Assembly: GCF_000143415.4 (NCBI RefSeq)
Contig: NW_003314304.1
Coordinates: 759,587 to 823,586 of the forward strand
Direction of reading: 5' to 3'
DNA: 64,000 nucleotides
From: Selaginella moellendorffii
Lineage: Eukaryota > Plantae > Lycopodiophyta
Shown here one piece after another: positions 32,852 to 46,800 of this stretch (positions are counted from its first letter, which is position 1; the number at the start of each line of letters is the position of its first letter). The notes below the pieces were generated by a model. The model worked only from the letters and a program-made list of their open reading frames with translations, was not told the DNA's origin and did not search any database. Made by a program: the position numbers and the translations under genes.

Positions 32852-34260
32852 TCACTGTTCTTGGCTTGCCAGGTGCCTGACTATGAAGAGCACGGTGTCT
32901 AGATCGTCCAGTGCTTATAAGCAAAGCAAAGAACAAGAAATCAAAAGGAGCTTATGTGTGTGAACTAGTGGTGCTCGAATGCTGAATCCTGTGATCCACG
33001 CAAGAACTTTGTCAATGACATGATAGCAGAGAGTAAGACTTACCTGTAGCATGAAATCGACTCTAACATCGGGACTTCCAGACAGCCTTTCCATCACCAT
33101 ACTACCATAGCTTTTCTTCTCTTTAGTGGGACTCTCCTCATCTACTGCAAGATCATTCGTAACTGTGTTAGAAGCGAATGCCAATGACACAAGAAGCATA
33201 CATTTTCTATCCGAGCTTATCTTGAGCTCTGATAGCAAAACTTACAATGCATCCCAATATGTAGAGGCTTGCCTCCTTTGTGGTATGGAATAAACTCCGG
33301 CTTCTTGTCGACGAAATCCTTTGATATCAGAGGTTCCGCTCTGTAATCACGAAGAAAGGATAGATGTAAATGCTTCTAACACAAAAGTATATTGATACCT
33401 GTAAGTGACAGGATCAAATGGGTGAAATATGCTCATCATTTTCCTGCATGCTGGCACTTCTTCTTTGATGCCTTCATCTTCCCATTACTCATGACCCATT
33501 CCTACGCAAATGCATTCAATATATGTTGCAACGTCCGTAAATCACACACGTACCCGATTCAAAGTGTACATTTCGGAGCTGAGAAACAATCCCAGTGGTG
33601 GTCCAACTGCGAAAAACGTGTCCACCTACAAGAAAGAAACTTATCAACAGCAAAGAATCAAGCCACCATGGTGTATCTGAAACAAAAGTTTTGTGTACTG
33701 AATTCGAGGGGTATGGTATTTTCAAGAAGGAGCTCACTCTCCTTGTTTTGTTCCCAATGCTGCATTTGTTCCCAGTGACTTGAGTTCCTTTCTCAAGATC
33801 TCAACCTGCAAGCACAAGCTAGATCATATAGAAATGCCACAGGAGATCACGTTCTTTTACCTCTGAATGTAATGCCTTGACTCTCTTCGTCTCCATGTCA
33901 CTATCAGTGTCAGCTTCTGTAGTTGTACTAGAGTCTGATCCTTCCTTGCTACTGTCTCTTGAATCATGATCCGAGGAGTGACCAGGTTGCTCTGGCTCCG
34001 GTGGACAATGAAGCTCTCAAAACAGCTCTTGTGCAAGTGCAAATTCACCTTGGACCACCATATTACATATAGCAATTGCATCAAAGATATCCCCATATTC
34101 CATAAGAAATGCAAGATCATTAGGCATCTGACCAGCCTTCAGTGTTTTCCACCACACATTCCGAGTTATCAACCATGACATTCTTTCACTTTGCTTCCTT
34201 TACCACCTTCATTGCATTGCCAAAACTCGCTTTGCAACAGTGGTAAAGCATTGACCTGTA
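32852..34260 (-). pseudogene. SGR2-like DDHD phospholipase A1, C-terminal part, pseudogenised (5' limit uncertain)
   Basis: Exon pieces translate to VDTFFAVGPPLGLFL, E*WEDEGIKEEVPACRKMMSIFHPFDPVTYR, EPLISKDFVDKKPEFIPYHKGGKPLHIG, SYGSMVMERLSG..DVRVDFMLQ, DLDTVLFIVRHL; in-frame stop at 33485-33487 and a 1-bp frameshift. Confidence 0.85.
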
Positions 34261-35568
34261 ACATCACATTCATCTAACAAACAGATGAAACGATTTAGAT
34301 GGATGAAATTTCATAATTAACTACCAATGTAAATCAGCTGGAGGCTTATACTTTCATTTGCTAAGATGCTTATGTAACCTGTTCATTAGTCAAAGAATCC
34401 CTTGCCATCTCTATGATGATCTTCTTATAGATATTGTTTTTTTTTTTTTTTGTCTTTCTTTTTTGCTCTTGGGGTTAAAGACACTAGAAATTTAACTGCC
34501 TTTTCCAGTAAATTAGAGGTTAAGAATGCATTGATGTGAAGGGTGACAGTTTCTTTTTCCTGATAACTCCAACATTCTGAGAAAAAAAGATTCTTTGAAT
34601 TTCATGGCAGAAAAAACCTGAAATTCATGTTTGCTCAGTGATCGATGGGGTTTAAGCTCATGAAAGAAAGATAAAAAGATGGCCTCTATGCATCAATTCA
34701 TATCTGGAAAAAGTTTGAAGTAGTATTTCAAGTAAGCGGTGGAGTAGCCACTTTCCTTGTCCATCATGAGTCCTCAAAGTTACCACATGCTTGTAGTGGA
34801 AGGACACTCCATGGTTTGTTTGAGTTGTGTGGACTCAAACAAGAAAAACTTACTTGGCACATTGAATAGAGCCTTTTGGATTTTCTGTGTGAACTTTGTA
34901 GCTTAATGTCTAGTTGGAGTAGCTTTTGATTCAAATACTCAATGTGACAGAGCAAAGAGGAATAGAAAAAATGCAAAGCACTCATTTAAATAGCATGCTT
35001 GTACCACCCTAGAAGGGTCCAATGAACAAACTAGTCACTCAATCCATATGGCATGGAATATCTCTGATCAACACAGCTTTGTCACTCTTTACTTGCCAGT
35101 AGTAGCCTCAAGATGCGAAACAATCATGTGCATGTGACCCAACCTCACAGTGCACTCCAAATGCCAACATAAGATCTCTAAACATGCTCACTCCAAAGTA
35201 CTCAAGATGCTGAAAGAAACACATTTACTGTTTAAACAAAAGAACCCATATTCATAGAATAAATATAAACACACTTCAATCCAAGCCACACTCAATACTT
35301 GTAAGAAACAAAACTTCTTTAGTCTAGAGCACACTCCAAGAAACATTGTTATATAGAATCCTTGAGGGGTGGGGGTGAGGCCCAACCTAACCCTCACTCC
35401 CTATTGTTTCTTGCTTTTATTCTCCAACTTTGAGATTCTTGAATGTGTTGAGAAGTGAATCCATGAATATGTAAGGATGAAAATTTAATTAGAGCAGTAA
35501 AGTTATACCACACACACTTGTAATTCATGAGCAATGACATGGATTAGGGCTTGTGAGGTGGTAGAGTT

Positions 35569-35925
35569 AGCTCTTGCGAGCTGGTATGCCAACCATCAGA
35601 GACAGTGCTGACTTGGTTCATTGTTGTGCTGCGAGCAATTCCATTCGATCTGATTGATGGGTTTTTCGTGTCTCTGCCTCTGTTTCAGTACACTACTTGT
35701 CGTTGAGCTTGTGGAGGTCTGAAAAAAAAAAAAAAACCAAAAGATGAAAAAGAAAAACACTGTCAACATTTTTCTGCCTGGTCTCTCCTCAAGTCTCAGT
35801 TTTCTGATCGGGCCTCTCGTCTCCGTTGTTGTCATGGTCACGTATATATACATTATGTAATGTATGTTTTCTTCTTGGTATATATATGGTCATGGTCAAG
35901 AGAGTGAGATGAGAGCTTTTTTGGT
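35569..35925 (+). repeat. Direct duplicate of 24257-24640 (3' UTR region of the RanBP2 gene)
   Basis: agctcttgcgagctggtatgcc...ccatcagagacagtgctgacttggttc...aaaaccaaaagatgaaaaagaaaaacactgtcaac shared. Confidence 0.92.
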
Positions 35926-35990
35926 GTCCAAACCTTTACCTTGAAAATGAAAGTATCTTTTATAGTATATTCTAGGGTTTTAGGGTTTAT

Positions 35991-36563
35991 TTGAAATTTA
36001 GGGCTTCGTTCCCTGCGGCTGGAGAATCACTCGCCTTCAAGGAGGCGATCCAAGCTGGAGGGACATCTCTAGGGGGCTCCCTTGATCTGAATGCTCTCGG
36101 TGGATCCTTGGGTGGATCTCTTGGAAAGACAGGAGTGGCACTTGGTGAGCAGCTGAGCACTCAAGTGAAAGGTGGACTCTGTGCCCTGGGTGGAAAGCAT
36201 TGGAGCAGGGATTATCCTTTTTCGATTCAAATCCTCGACATTCGAGAGAAGCGAAAGGAGTCAACAGAATAAGCAAGGACCAATGGAAAAGGGCTGCAGA
36301 GAGTCAAAACTTTAAATAGCATGCTAACAAAGGGGCTACACATAGGGTTACATTTTGAGATGGAGAACACAGGGGCCGGGATCGCGATAAGGGATGGTCT
36401 CTATTGTCATGGTAGAGCGCTGTGTATGGGGTTTGGGATATGTGGCCTTTGTATTGGCATCGGTCTTGCTTGTATTGGCCATGCCATAGGAAAATTTGCC
36501 AACAGCGTGGGCAAAGTTGCTGACTCCATGAGAAAGCTGTTGGAAACTAGTAGTTATTTGTAA
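35991..36563 (+). pseudogene. Diverged, interrupted third member (C) of the Gly/Ala 11-mer family
   Basis: GESLAFKEAIQAGGTSLGGSLDL...GGLCALG and GFGICGLCIGIGLACIGHAIG align by eye with member B; no ATG/N-terminal hydrophobic segment and split over two ORFs; preceded by TAGGGTTT repeats. Confidence 0.6.
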
Positions 36564-38060
36564 TTCTTATTAAATCTAATTTCCAACAAGTATACGTATT
36601 GGAACTTTTAAGTTCGTTTATAGTGGACAGGATAGGGCGTGTTTGATCTCTAATTCTGTTACAAGTCATTTCCCAGGCACTGCAAGTTGGTTTTAAGGCT
36701 TAATTTGTGACTGGAAAAAAAAGAGTCACATCATGCCTCACTAGTGGGAGGGACGTTCTCTTATTATCAAAGGGTTTCTAAGGTGATCTCAGGTACAGCT
36801 GTGTTGAACCTGCATGCCACAAAGTTGGACCTTTCCCAAACTTGGGGGGCAGCTGCACACACGTGTGGTTGGTCCATGTACATATACGTGAATATAAAAC
36901 TTTTCATGTAAAATGGAAAGTTTTTGTAAGTTATGAATGGATTTTTGTTTTGGTATGGTCATGCATGGTTTTGCATGTTATATATAAAAATCCAGCGTTA
37001 CATTAGAGAGAGAGAGAGTGGGGTACATGTGACCATAGCCACATCAGTACCACACAAAACCATGATTTGTGCATAGCATGAATTGCACTCTTGGTCACAC
37101 TGGCTCAACAAATGAAGTTTATTTTGCAATCTAATAATTTGTGAATGGATGAGGAAACATTTTTGCTGTGCAAAAACCCATTTTATGCACATTTTTTATG
37201 GTGAGCTATGCCCATGATCTGCACCAGCTCAACACTATCCCATAGGCAAAGCCCTACAATCGCTTTATGATCAAGTGGTTCCTCAACAAATAAGTAAGTT
37301 CTTGCATGGACATGATAGAAAGCTACAAAAATAAAAATTTTGCTACATTTATTAGTGTAATTAAACTCTTGCTAAGGTTAAAAGCACCTTTTTGACAGTT
37401 TCTTGAGAGAATTGCTCACCTTCAAGGAGGTAGGGAAAAAAACCCTCATGAATCTTCATAATTCCATGTGTTGTTGAAATAGCTTTTAATTCAAATCCTC
37501 AACCTTGTAGAAAAATTGTTAATACAAGAACAAAATTTAAGAATGAGGAAAATGAAACAAACAAGAGTGAAGAACTAGAAAATTGCCAATGGAAGAAATC
37601 AATTAATCTCAATCTTCAGAATGCGGCAATCCCATCCAATGTGTCTATAATAGATTGGCAAGTGATTCATTTATTTTTTCTATTGGTTCTCACTGTAACC
37701 GTGTGGCTCAGTTTTTTGACTGTCTGTTGGTTGTGTATATATACATGACGATAAATATACGTTTTCCTTATGTTTTTTTAAATCTCTCTCGATAAGAACA
37801 ATAAAATATTGATATATTCTTTCAAAGATTTTACTTTTAAAGTTTAACCCATTGCTTGTGTGTTTTTGAAAAAAAAAATGGTTTCTTCTTTTGGGATCGC
37901 AACCGCAATAGCAACCAGAGTTGTCATTGGTGGTGTGGCGTTGTTTTGTGGCACGGATGCAAATTTGAAATGGGGATAGCTTTCTTCTAAAGGCTAAATT
38001 TCTAGGACATTTTTTGTACGAAAGTCCCAAAAATTTCTCAAGCAATAAATGTTGTTTTTT

Positions 38061-38280
38061 NNNNNNNNNNNNNNNNNNNNNNNNNNNNNNNNNNNNNNNN
38101 NNNNNNNNNNNNNNNNNNNNNNNNNNNNNNNNNNNNNNNNNNNNNNNNNNNNNNNNNNNNNNNNNNNNNNNNNNNNNNNNNNNNNNNNNNNNNNNNNNNN
38201 NNNNNNNNNNNNNNNNNNNNNNNNNNNNNNNNNNNNNNNNNNNNNNNNNNNNNNNNNNNNNNNNNNNNNNNNNNNNNNNN
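38061..38280. other. Assembly gap (220 N)
   Basis: Run of n. Confidence 1.
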
Positions 38281-38427
38281 CTAGTAAATAAAATTTTATA
38301 AATATTTTAAAGGTTATAATGCTCAGAATTTGTGTTTAGCATGGATAGGTAGACTATCTCTCTATATAGGAAAAATTCTAATATTATTTACTTTTTGTAT
38401 AGGTGACTCCATAAATATAAGTCTACA

Positions 38428-40200
38428 GATCTTTTTATAGGGGATAAGGCTAAATTTATTATTTATCATATTATATTTTAACCACCTCACACAAATTCTT
38501 AAAATATTTACTAAGTTATGCAATCCTTGACTTAATTATTGAAATGTTTTTACCTCCTATACAATTAAAAAAATGTTTGTTTTTCACACAAAATAATCCA
38601 TTCTAAATTTGCAACGAGAATTGTTATATGTTCATCAAAACTAAATTCAAAAAAGGGGGTGAAACTCGTAGGAAATCCTTATACCTCAAAGAGACCATTA
38701 ATTATTTTGTGTGAAAAAAAACATGAATTTGATGTTTTGCATCGATTCTTTTTATATTGTTAATGTCATAAATTTTTTTTATAAATAATACTAACAAAGC
38801 TGTAGTTTTCTTGGAAATCATTATATTTAATTTTCAACAATGTAATTTAATAGTAGAGATCCTTTTTGTAAAGATATGGACAAATTTGTTATTAGTTATA
38901 TCATGTTCTAACTGTCTTGCATAAATTGACTGTTTGTTGGTTGTGTATATATACATGACGATAAATATATGTTTTCCTTATGTTTTTTTAAATCTCTCTC
39001 GATAAGAACAATAAAATATTGATATTTCTTTCAAAGATTTTACTTTTAAAGTTTAACTCATTGTTTGTGTATTTTTGAAAAAAAAAAAATGGTTTCTTCT
39101 TTCGGGATCGCAACCGCAATAGCAACCAAAGTTGTCATTGTCAGAGTTTTTTATAGGGGATAAGGCTAAATTTGTTATTTATCATATTATATTTTAACCA
39201 CCTCACACAAATCTTAAAATATTTACTAAGTTATGCAATCCTTGACTTAATTATTGAAATGTTTTTACCTCCTATACAATTATAAAAATGTTTGTTTTTC
39301 ACACAAAATAATCCATTCTAAATTTGCAACGAGAATTGTTATATGTTCATCAACACTAAATTCAAAAAAAAGGGTGAAACTCGTAGGAAATCCTTATACC
39401 TCAAAGATACCATTAATTATTTTGTGTGAAAAAAAACATGAATTTGATGTTTTGCATCGATTCTTTTTATATTGTTAATGTCATAAAAAATTTTTATAAA
39501 TAATACTAACAAAGCTGTAGTTTTTTCTTGGAAATCATTATATTTAATTTTCAACAATGTGATTTAATAGTAGAGATCCTTTTTGTAAAGATATGGACAA
39601 ATTTGTTATTAGTTATATCATATTCTAACTGTCTTGCATAAATTGACTGTTTGTTGGTTGTGTATATATATATGACGATAAATATACGTTTTCCTTATGT
39701 TTTTTTAAATTTTTTTTAAAAATGGTTTCTTCTTTCGGGATCGCAACCGCAATAGCAACCAAAGTTGTCATTGTCAGATCTTTTTATAGGGGATAAGGCT
39801 AAATTTGTTATTTATCATATTATATTTTAACCACCTCACACAAATTCTTAAAATATTTACTAAGTTATGTAATCCTTGACTTAATTATTGAAATGTTTTT
39901 ACCTCCTATACAATTATAAAAATGTTTGTTTTTCACACAAAATAATCCATTCTAAATTTGCAACGAGAATTGTTATATGTTCATCAACACTAAATTCAAA
40001 AAAGAGGGTGAAACTCGTAGGAAATCCTTATACCTCAAAGATACCATTAATTATTTTGTGTGAAAAAAAACATGAATTTGATGTTTTGCATCGATTCTTT
40101 TTATATTGTTAATGTCATAAAAGTTTTTATTAAATAATACTAACAAAGCTGTAGTTTTCTTGGAAATCATTATATTTAATTTTCATCATGTTCTTACTGT
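38428..40200. repeat. AT-rich tandem array of near-identical ~630-715 bp units
   Basis: gggataaggctaaattt anchor at 38441, 39157 and 39790; identical 74-aa translations at 39254 and 39888. Confidence 0.93.
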
Positions 40201-43200
40201 CTTGCATAAATTCTTAAAAAAATTACGAAGTTATGCAACCTTTGACATAATTAATAAAGTAATTTTTTATAATTATCTCTCTAAAAATCTTTATATCTAA
40301 TAAATGTTTAATAAAAAAAATTATCATTAAATTTTTTTTATTTACCATGCAATTTAAAAAAGTTTACTCAATTTACTCAAGTTTTCCCTTTTTTTGGGGA
40401 TTCTCTTTGTGAATTCATTTTTTTCTGTGGATTGAGCAATAATTTCCTCTATCTTTAGTGGAATAATATGCATACTTTAAAATATAATTTAGGAAATCCT
40501 TAGACATCAAAAAGATTATCAATAATTTTATGTGAAAAAAAGTATGAATTTGATGTTTAGGATTGATTATTTTTATATTGCTAATATCATAAAAAAATTT
40601 TACAAATAATGTTGGAAAAGCTGTAGCTTTTTTAAAAATCATTATATTTAATTTTTCAACAATATGATGTAATAGTGAAAATCCTTTTTGTAAAAGATAT
40701 GGCTAAATTTGTTATTAGTCATATCACAGTCTAACTACCTTGCATAAATTCTTAAACTATTTACCAAGTTATACAACCTTTGACATAATTAATATTATAA
40801 TATTTATAAATCTCTTTTTCTTAAAATCTTTATACCTAATAAAGGTTTTAATAAAAAAATTATCATTAAAACTTTTCTATTTACCATACAATTCAAATAA
40901 TTGATAGAAATGATATTGCAACAATAATTGTCATGCGTTTTTATCAACACCAATGTTAAAGAAGGGGGTGAAGCTTTAAGAAAATCCTTGGACTTCAAAG
41001 ATGCCATGGCAATAATAGGGAAGTCACCTAATGTAATTATTTTTGATAATTACATAATAATTTATTTTAATACAAATGATATTACAACAGGAATTGTTAT
41101 GTGTTGTCATTAGCATCAAGTTTAAGAAAAAAGGGGTTATGGTCTTAGAAAATCTCTACACTTCAAAGATGTCATAGATTATTTTGTATGAAAAAACAAA
41201 TATGAACTTGGGTTTGGAATATGTTTGGCATTAGTTTTGTTTATATTTTTAATATTGTAAAAACGTTTATTAAATAATGTTGGAAAAACTAATGACTTTA
41301 ACTTTCTTAGAAATCATTATATTTAATTTTTCAACAATATCATATGATAGTGATGATCCTTTTTGTTGAGGATAAAGCTAGATTTATTTTTAGTTATCTC
41401 ATATTTTAATCACTTCACAAAAATTCTTAAAATATTTACTAAGCTATACAACCCTCAACTTAATTAATTATTATCTCTCTTAAATATTTATATTTAATAA
41501 ATTTTTTAATGGGAAAACAAAATCATCATTGAAATTTTTCTACCTACAATATAATTCAAAAAATATTTAGTTTTCACACAAAATAATCCATTGTATAATG
41601 TAAACGGCATTGCATTGTAATGAGAATTCATATGTTGTCATTGGCAGCAAATTGAAAGAAAGAGGTGAAGCTTTTCTAAAATCTTTAGAACTCAAAGCTA
41701 TCATGGATTATATTGTGTGAGAAATAAATATAAACTTAGGTGTGGAATATATTTAGCATCAATTTTACTTATATTACTAATGTCATAAAAAACTTTAACA
41801 AATAATATTGGAAAAATTGATGACTTTAGTTTTATTTTAAATCATTATTTAGTTTTCTTACAATATGATATGATAGTGGAGATCCTTTATGGGGCTGATA
41901 GTGCTAAATTTGTTATTAGTCATGTTATATTCTAAATGCTTTTCATAAATGTTTAAAATATTTATTAAGTTATGTAACTCTTGACTTTAATGATGTAATA
42001 TTTATATTTCTCTCTTTTGAAATCTTTATACCTAATAAATTTTTTACTAAAACAAAAATCATCATTAAAATTTTTCCACCTCTGATGTAATTCAAAGAAT
42101 TTTTTTTTTCACATAAAATAATCCATTTTATGATGCAAATGACATTGTAACAAAAATTGTTATGTGTTGTTATCAATACGAAATTCAAGAAAAAGAGTAA
42201 AACTTTTAAAAAATCCTTAGACCTCAAAAAAGATATGGGAGAAAATAAGAAGTTATATGATGTAAATGCTTTTGATAAATCTATTAAAGTGAAACTATGG
42301 TATTAGTATTGAATCAAGCCTTAAAGGAGAAGTGTCTACCCATAGTGTGGACATTAAGAAAGGTTAAGTTAGCATTAGCATTAGGATTGACATTATTGAC
42401 ATAGGCATAAGAATTAAACTCACTTTTTATGGTTTTTCCTTTTTTATTTCTTTTGTTGATATATTTTTCTTACAAGGAAAGTAGATTAAGGAAGGAGGGC
42501 TAATTGTCTTTTGATTGATTTTTCTTTTGCTCAAGTTTTTCTTATTATTTCAGATGTTTTTTTGAGAATTCATAGACTAAACAACAAATTTCTTCTTTTT
42601 AAGATAGAATAACAAATATACTTTCGGATAGAATCATCATTATTAAAGAGTTCAAGTTTTGTTTAGAAAGTAAAAATGTTTGAATGCCACAATCTCAAAT
42701 ATATACTAGAGGGAGAGCATGAATTTGAGTTTGGAATATATTTGGCATTAGTATTGTTTATATTTGTAATTTGATAAAAAAAATTTATGAATAATGTTGG
42801 CAAAGTTGGTAACTTTAGTCTTTTGAAAATCATTATATATAATTTTTTCAACAATATGATGTAATAGTGAAGATATTTTCTATATAGAATATAGTATGTA
42901 TGCCTTTTAAAGCTAAATTTATGATTAGTCATATCATATCTTAATTAAATCTTGTAAATTTAAAAATATTTACTAAGTTATATGGACCCCAACCCAATTA
43001 ATGATGTAATATTTGTAATTCTCTATTTTAAAATCTTTATACCTAGTAAATTTTTTGATGGAAAAAAATTCATTCTTAAAATTTTTTACCTACTATAAAA
43101 TTTAAAAAATGTTTATTTTTCTCAATATATTACATAAAATATCCGTTCAACTCAAAGAAAAGGGTGAAGTTATTAGAAAATCCCTAAACCTTAAAAGAGA

Positions 43201-43850
43201 CCGTGGTAGTAAATAGGAAGTCATTATTTATAAATGCTTTTGGTGGATCTCTCAAAATGGGGTTGTGTGGCTATGGTATTGATATCAACTTAAGTCTTAA
43301 AAAAGGATTGTTTACCTATGATGTGGGCAAGTGAAGTTGACATTGGCGTTAGGATTAGCATTGTTAACATAAACATAAGCATTAGACTCATTTTAATTGA
43401 GTAGAGCATGTGCAACCTTGTGGCTTCCTAAAAGACCCTTATTGAGAAGGTTGTCTTTGGACAAATCATATATTTAAAGTTAAATAAGTTTAGGTTCGAA
43501 AAATTCTTTAAGGTGCAATTCAACTTTAGCAAGCATAGAGAAGCACAATTCAGCATCTCAAACCTTTACAAGTTACAACATAACTCTGCTTAAATCTTCA
43601 ACCCTATAAGTAAAATGGTTGTTAATGGGTGATGGTAGAATATTGATCTTTATAATTCTTCTTCTTTTGTTTATTTTGTTGACACTTTTCTCTTATAAAG
43701 AAGGCAGATCAAGAAAAGAGGGTAAAATGTCTTTCAATTGATTTTCTTGCTCAAGTTTTCCTTTTTATTTGGGATTCTCTTTAATAATTCTTTTTTTTTT
43801 ATGGACTGAATAACAAGTTTTCTCTCTTTTTAATGGAATAATATGCATCT
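40200..43850. repeat. Older, diverged units of the same AT-rich repeat family
   Basis: gctaaatttgttattagtcatatc-like anchors near 40702, 41378, 41903, 42912; recurring aaatcattatatttaattttcaacaat. Confidence 0.8.
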
Positions 43851-46800
43851 TCCTTAACCTAAACTTCATAATGCCAAAGCTAATGAAGATCATATCTGCA
43901 TCAATCCAAAAGCTAAGCATAACGAAGCTATGCTCGCAAGTGATCACCAAACGATCCTCCATGAATCCATCTATAGCAAAACGTAACTCACTTCATAGCA
44001 AGCACAAGAAGAATCATCAATGATCGATATATCCCAACTGAAATCCAGCAAAGATTCAATCACTAATTCTTTCCTCTTATAAAGCTAGCATAGTCCATGA
44101 CTGAATCACTTTTCAAGGAAAAGCCAAAGCTAAACCTTTACTAAACAATCTCATCTAGAACACAACTAACTCAAACTTGCCACTTAGTTCATGTGAACGT
44201 CAAGACAGTTGCTAACTAGCAAATGCACGAATGCCAATAACACAAAGTCATAGCCAAATCATCAACACTATTTTCATTGAGACTAATGACACTCAATATC
44301 AATCATATGGAGAGATATCTCATTTCACTTGAATATCAACTTCAACAATGTCAATGAAAAGGCATCACTTCAATGCCATCAACACTAGAACAAAGCTAAA
44401 AGAAAGCACGAGTGTATCACCACTCAAAGCTCTCTAGCAACCAAGCTAACCAAGGTCGAAGATACTTTAGTTAGTATCCGAGACCAATCCTTTAGCAAAA
44501 CTCAGTTATAGATAACACTTCTTCAAGGAGTGAATCACCACGTCCAAGACTCAATGAAATCCAACACTATGAACTAAACACAACCAAATGATATCAACAA
44601 AGGTAGAGTCGACATGCCAACATAGAAAACCCATGTAAGTCAAATGACACGATCCTCCGCAACACCATCCGATAAAGTAAACCCATCACTGCTAAATCTT
44701 CATCGAGCGAAGCAAGTGTTTAACAGTCCTCGACGAAGTCTACAAGCAACCATTAGTTGCAAAGCAACTAACCATCACTTATTCAACTCGCTTTCACGAG
44801 ACCCAGACACTAAACTCACATCGTCAAGCTATATACTTGTCCAACATGAACATAATACCCCAGGTACGAGATAAAGGTTCATGGACAAGCACGAACTAAA
44901 TGACCACTCGAATCCAACTCAACTGCGATAAGCTCACTAATGCATTTAGTCACTAGCTCTGAGCATTCCTTGAAGAGGCTAGCTATGCATGATCAACACT
45001 CAGCTGAAACTAAAGTGAAGACCATGAGATGGATCCATATCGGTACACAACCTCCTCATGGACAAAGCTACAGTATGGGTACCAACATCTCAAACTTAAA
45101 GAACTAAGTTGAACATCACCATCCTCAGCCAAGGCGCAGGGCCACCAAGACCAAGTCAAGATCAGTGAGAGCTCACTACTCTCATAGAGTCTAACGAAAT
45201 GCAAAGTGCAACCTGCCACCAAGTATAACGCTACAAAAGAAAGGCACAAGGGTCACCTTTCTAGAAAAGTGCAACGGCCACTTTTCTACACTAACTCTAG
45301 ATTCTATCCAACTCAATTGCAATAGCCCCAAAAGTCGGCATCCCTTTCGGGCCGCATCATACAAACTACATACTAAAGTCTAAGTTAACCAAAGTCAACT
45401 CCAACCCCTTCACTAGTTTGTATTGGCTTTCGAAAACGGAATGGTTTTCGAGCAAAGTGATAACAGATCAGCCATTGGAAGAGCTTAAGAAAATTTGTGG
45501 AAAAATTTCCATTCTAGAGAAAGAATGACTCTCAGTCCAGGAATGCAAACTTTCAACACTCAACCAACTTCCTCCTACTAACAACTTCACATAGGTTCAC
45601 TTCAACACAAATTCTCATGACCTATAATATGCTTAAGCCTTGAACATCTTTTTGCCCATACTTTTGACATCCGCAGAATGCAAAGTGAACATCCAAGGCT
45701 TGATCACGAAGACCACATCTTCGGATATCCACATTGCACTAACACTCTTTTTCAATCATTCTCAAGATCCAATGTGAAGCCAAAACACTAACAAGAAAAA
45801 TGACATGGAAAATCAAGCTCTAAGGAAAATTCCTCATCACTCGAATCAACAATGCCACTTCCACTAACACAAGTGCTAGCGCTATCAATGCCTTAACTAC
45901 ACACCTTTTCCATCCAACAATTTACTCCAAGTGCTAACGGATAAACCAACAAGCCATAGCAAATGAATGCTACAACCCTTTTCCAACACCTTAGTGGGCA
46001 AACTCAAGGAAATAAGGAACCAACTTAAGCTTAGCATAATGGACCACCATCGAGAATCCAGTCAAAGCTACTACAATGCTACTTTATGCAAGTAGACTAG
46101 CTTCACCATCAACCACTTTGGGGTTGATCATCACTTAACCAAGAAACTTCGTAAACACATTGCTCATTATCACATGGATATGATATAGAAATTACAATGA
46201 CTTGATCATCAATTGAGCAACACCACAAGCAATGCCAATGTCATTACTTCAAAGGTTTATGTGAGTATCAAGTGCCAACTCAATTCGACAAAATGCAACA
46301 TAAATGCCACACTCCACCAATAAAGACTTACAACACTCAACACCACTAACTTTTGTTCATAACATGGACAAGCTCATGCTACTCTCTATCCAACCAAACT
46401 CAACACTAATCCAACACCAAGCTACTTAAGGAGCAATAACAAGGTTCCCCAGAAAAGAATTGAGCATTGTAACCTAAGTCTTCCAATAGCAAGTCTAGAT
46501 AAAATGGTTTAGCGCTTCACCATTATCCATCCCATGACTCACCATTTACAAGACCATCATTTCCAACATGCATCAAGGTAGGGACTCTTGATTGCATGAT
46601 GTGAACACGAGCAATGAGTCACACCTCGTTGCGTATCATCTTTCCAAGAAGAGAAGATGATTTACGTGTTTGATCCTTTGTCCCTAATGACTCTCTTTTC
46701 GGTCTCATCTTTGACTACACCTCAAGCTTGCGTTTGCACTGCTTTCAGTCTAATCCAAGAAAAGTTTATGAGAGAGCACGGCAATGATTACCTGAATCAA

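Noticed and set aside
39254-40112. Two identical 74-aa ORFs
   Set aside because: Products of the tandem repeat, with TTG starts and AT-rich non-coding composition
38428-43850. CRISPR-like or regularly interspaced array
   Set aside because: Units are hundreds of bp with no unique spacers, in a eukaryotic context
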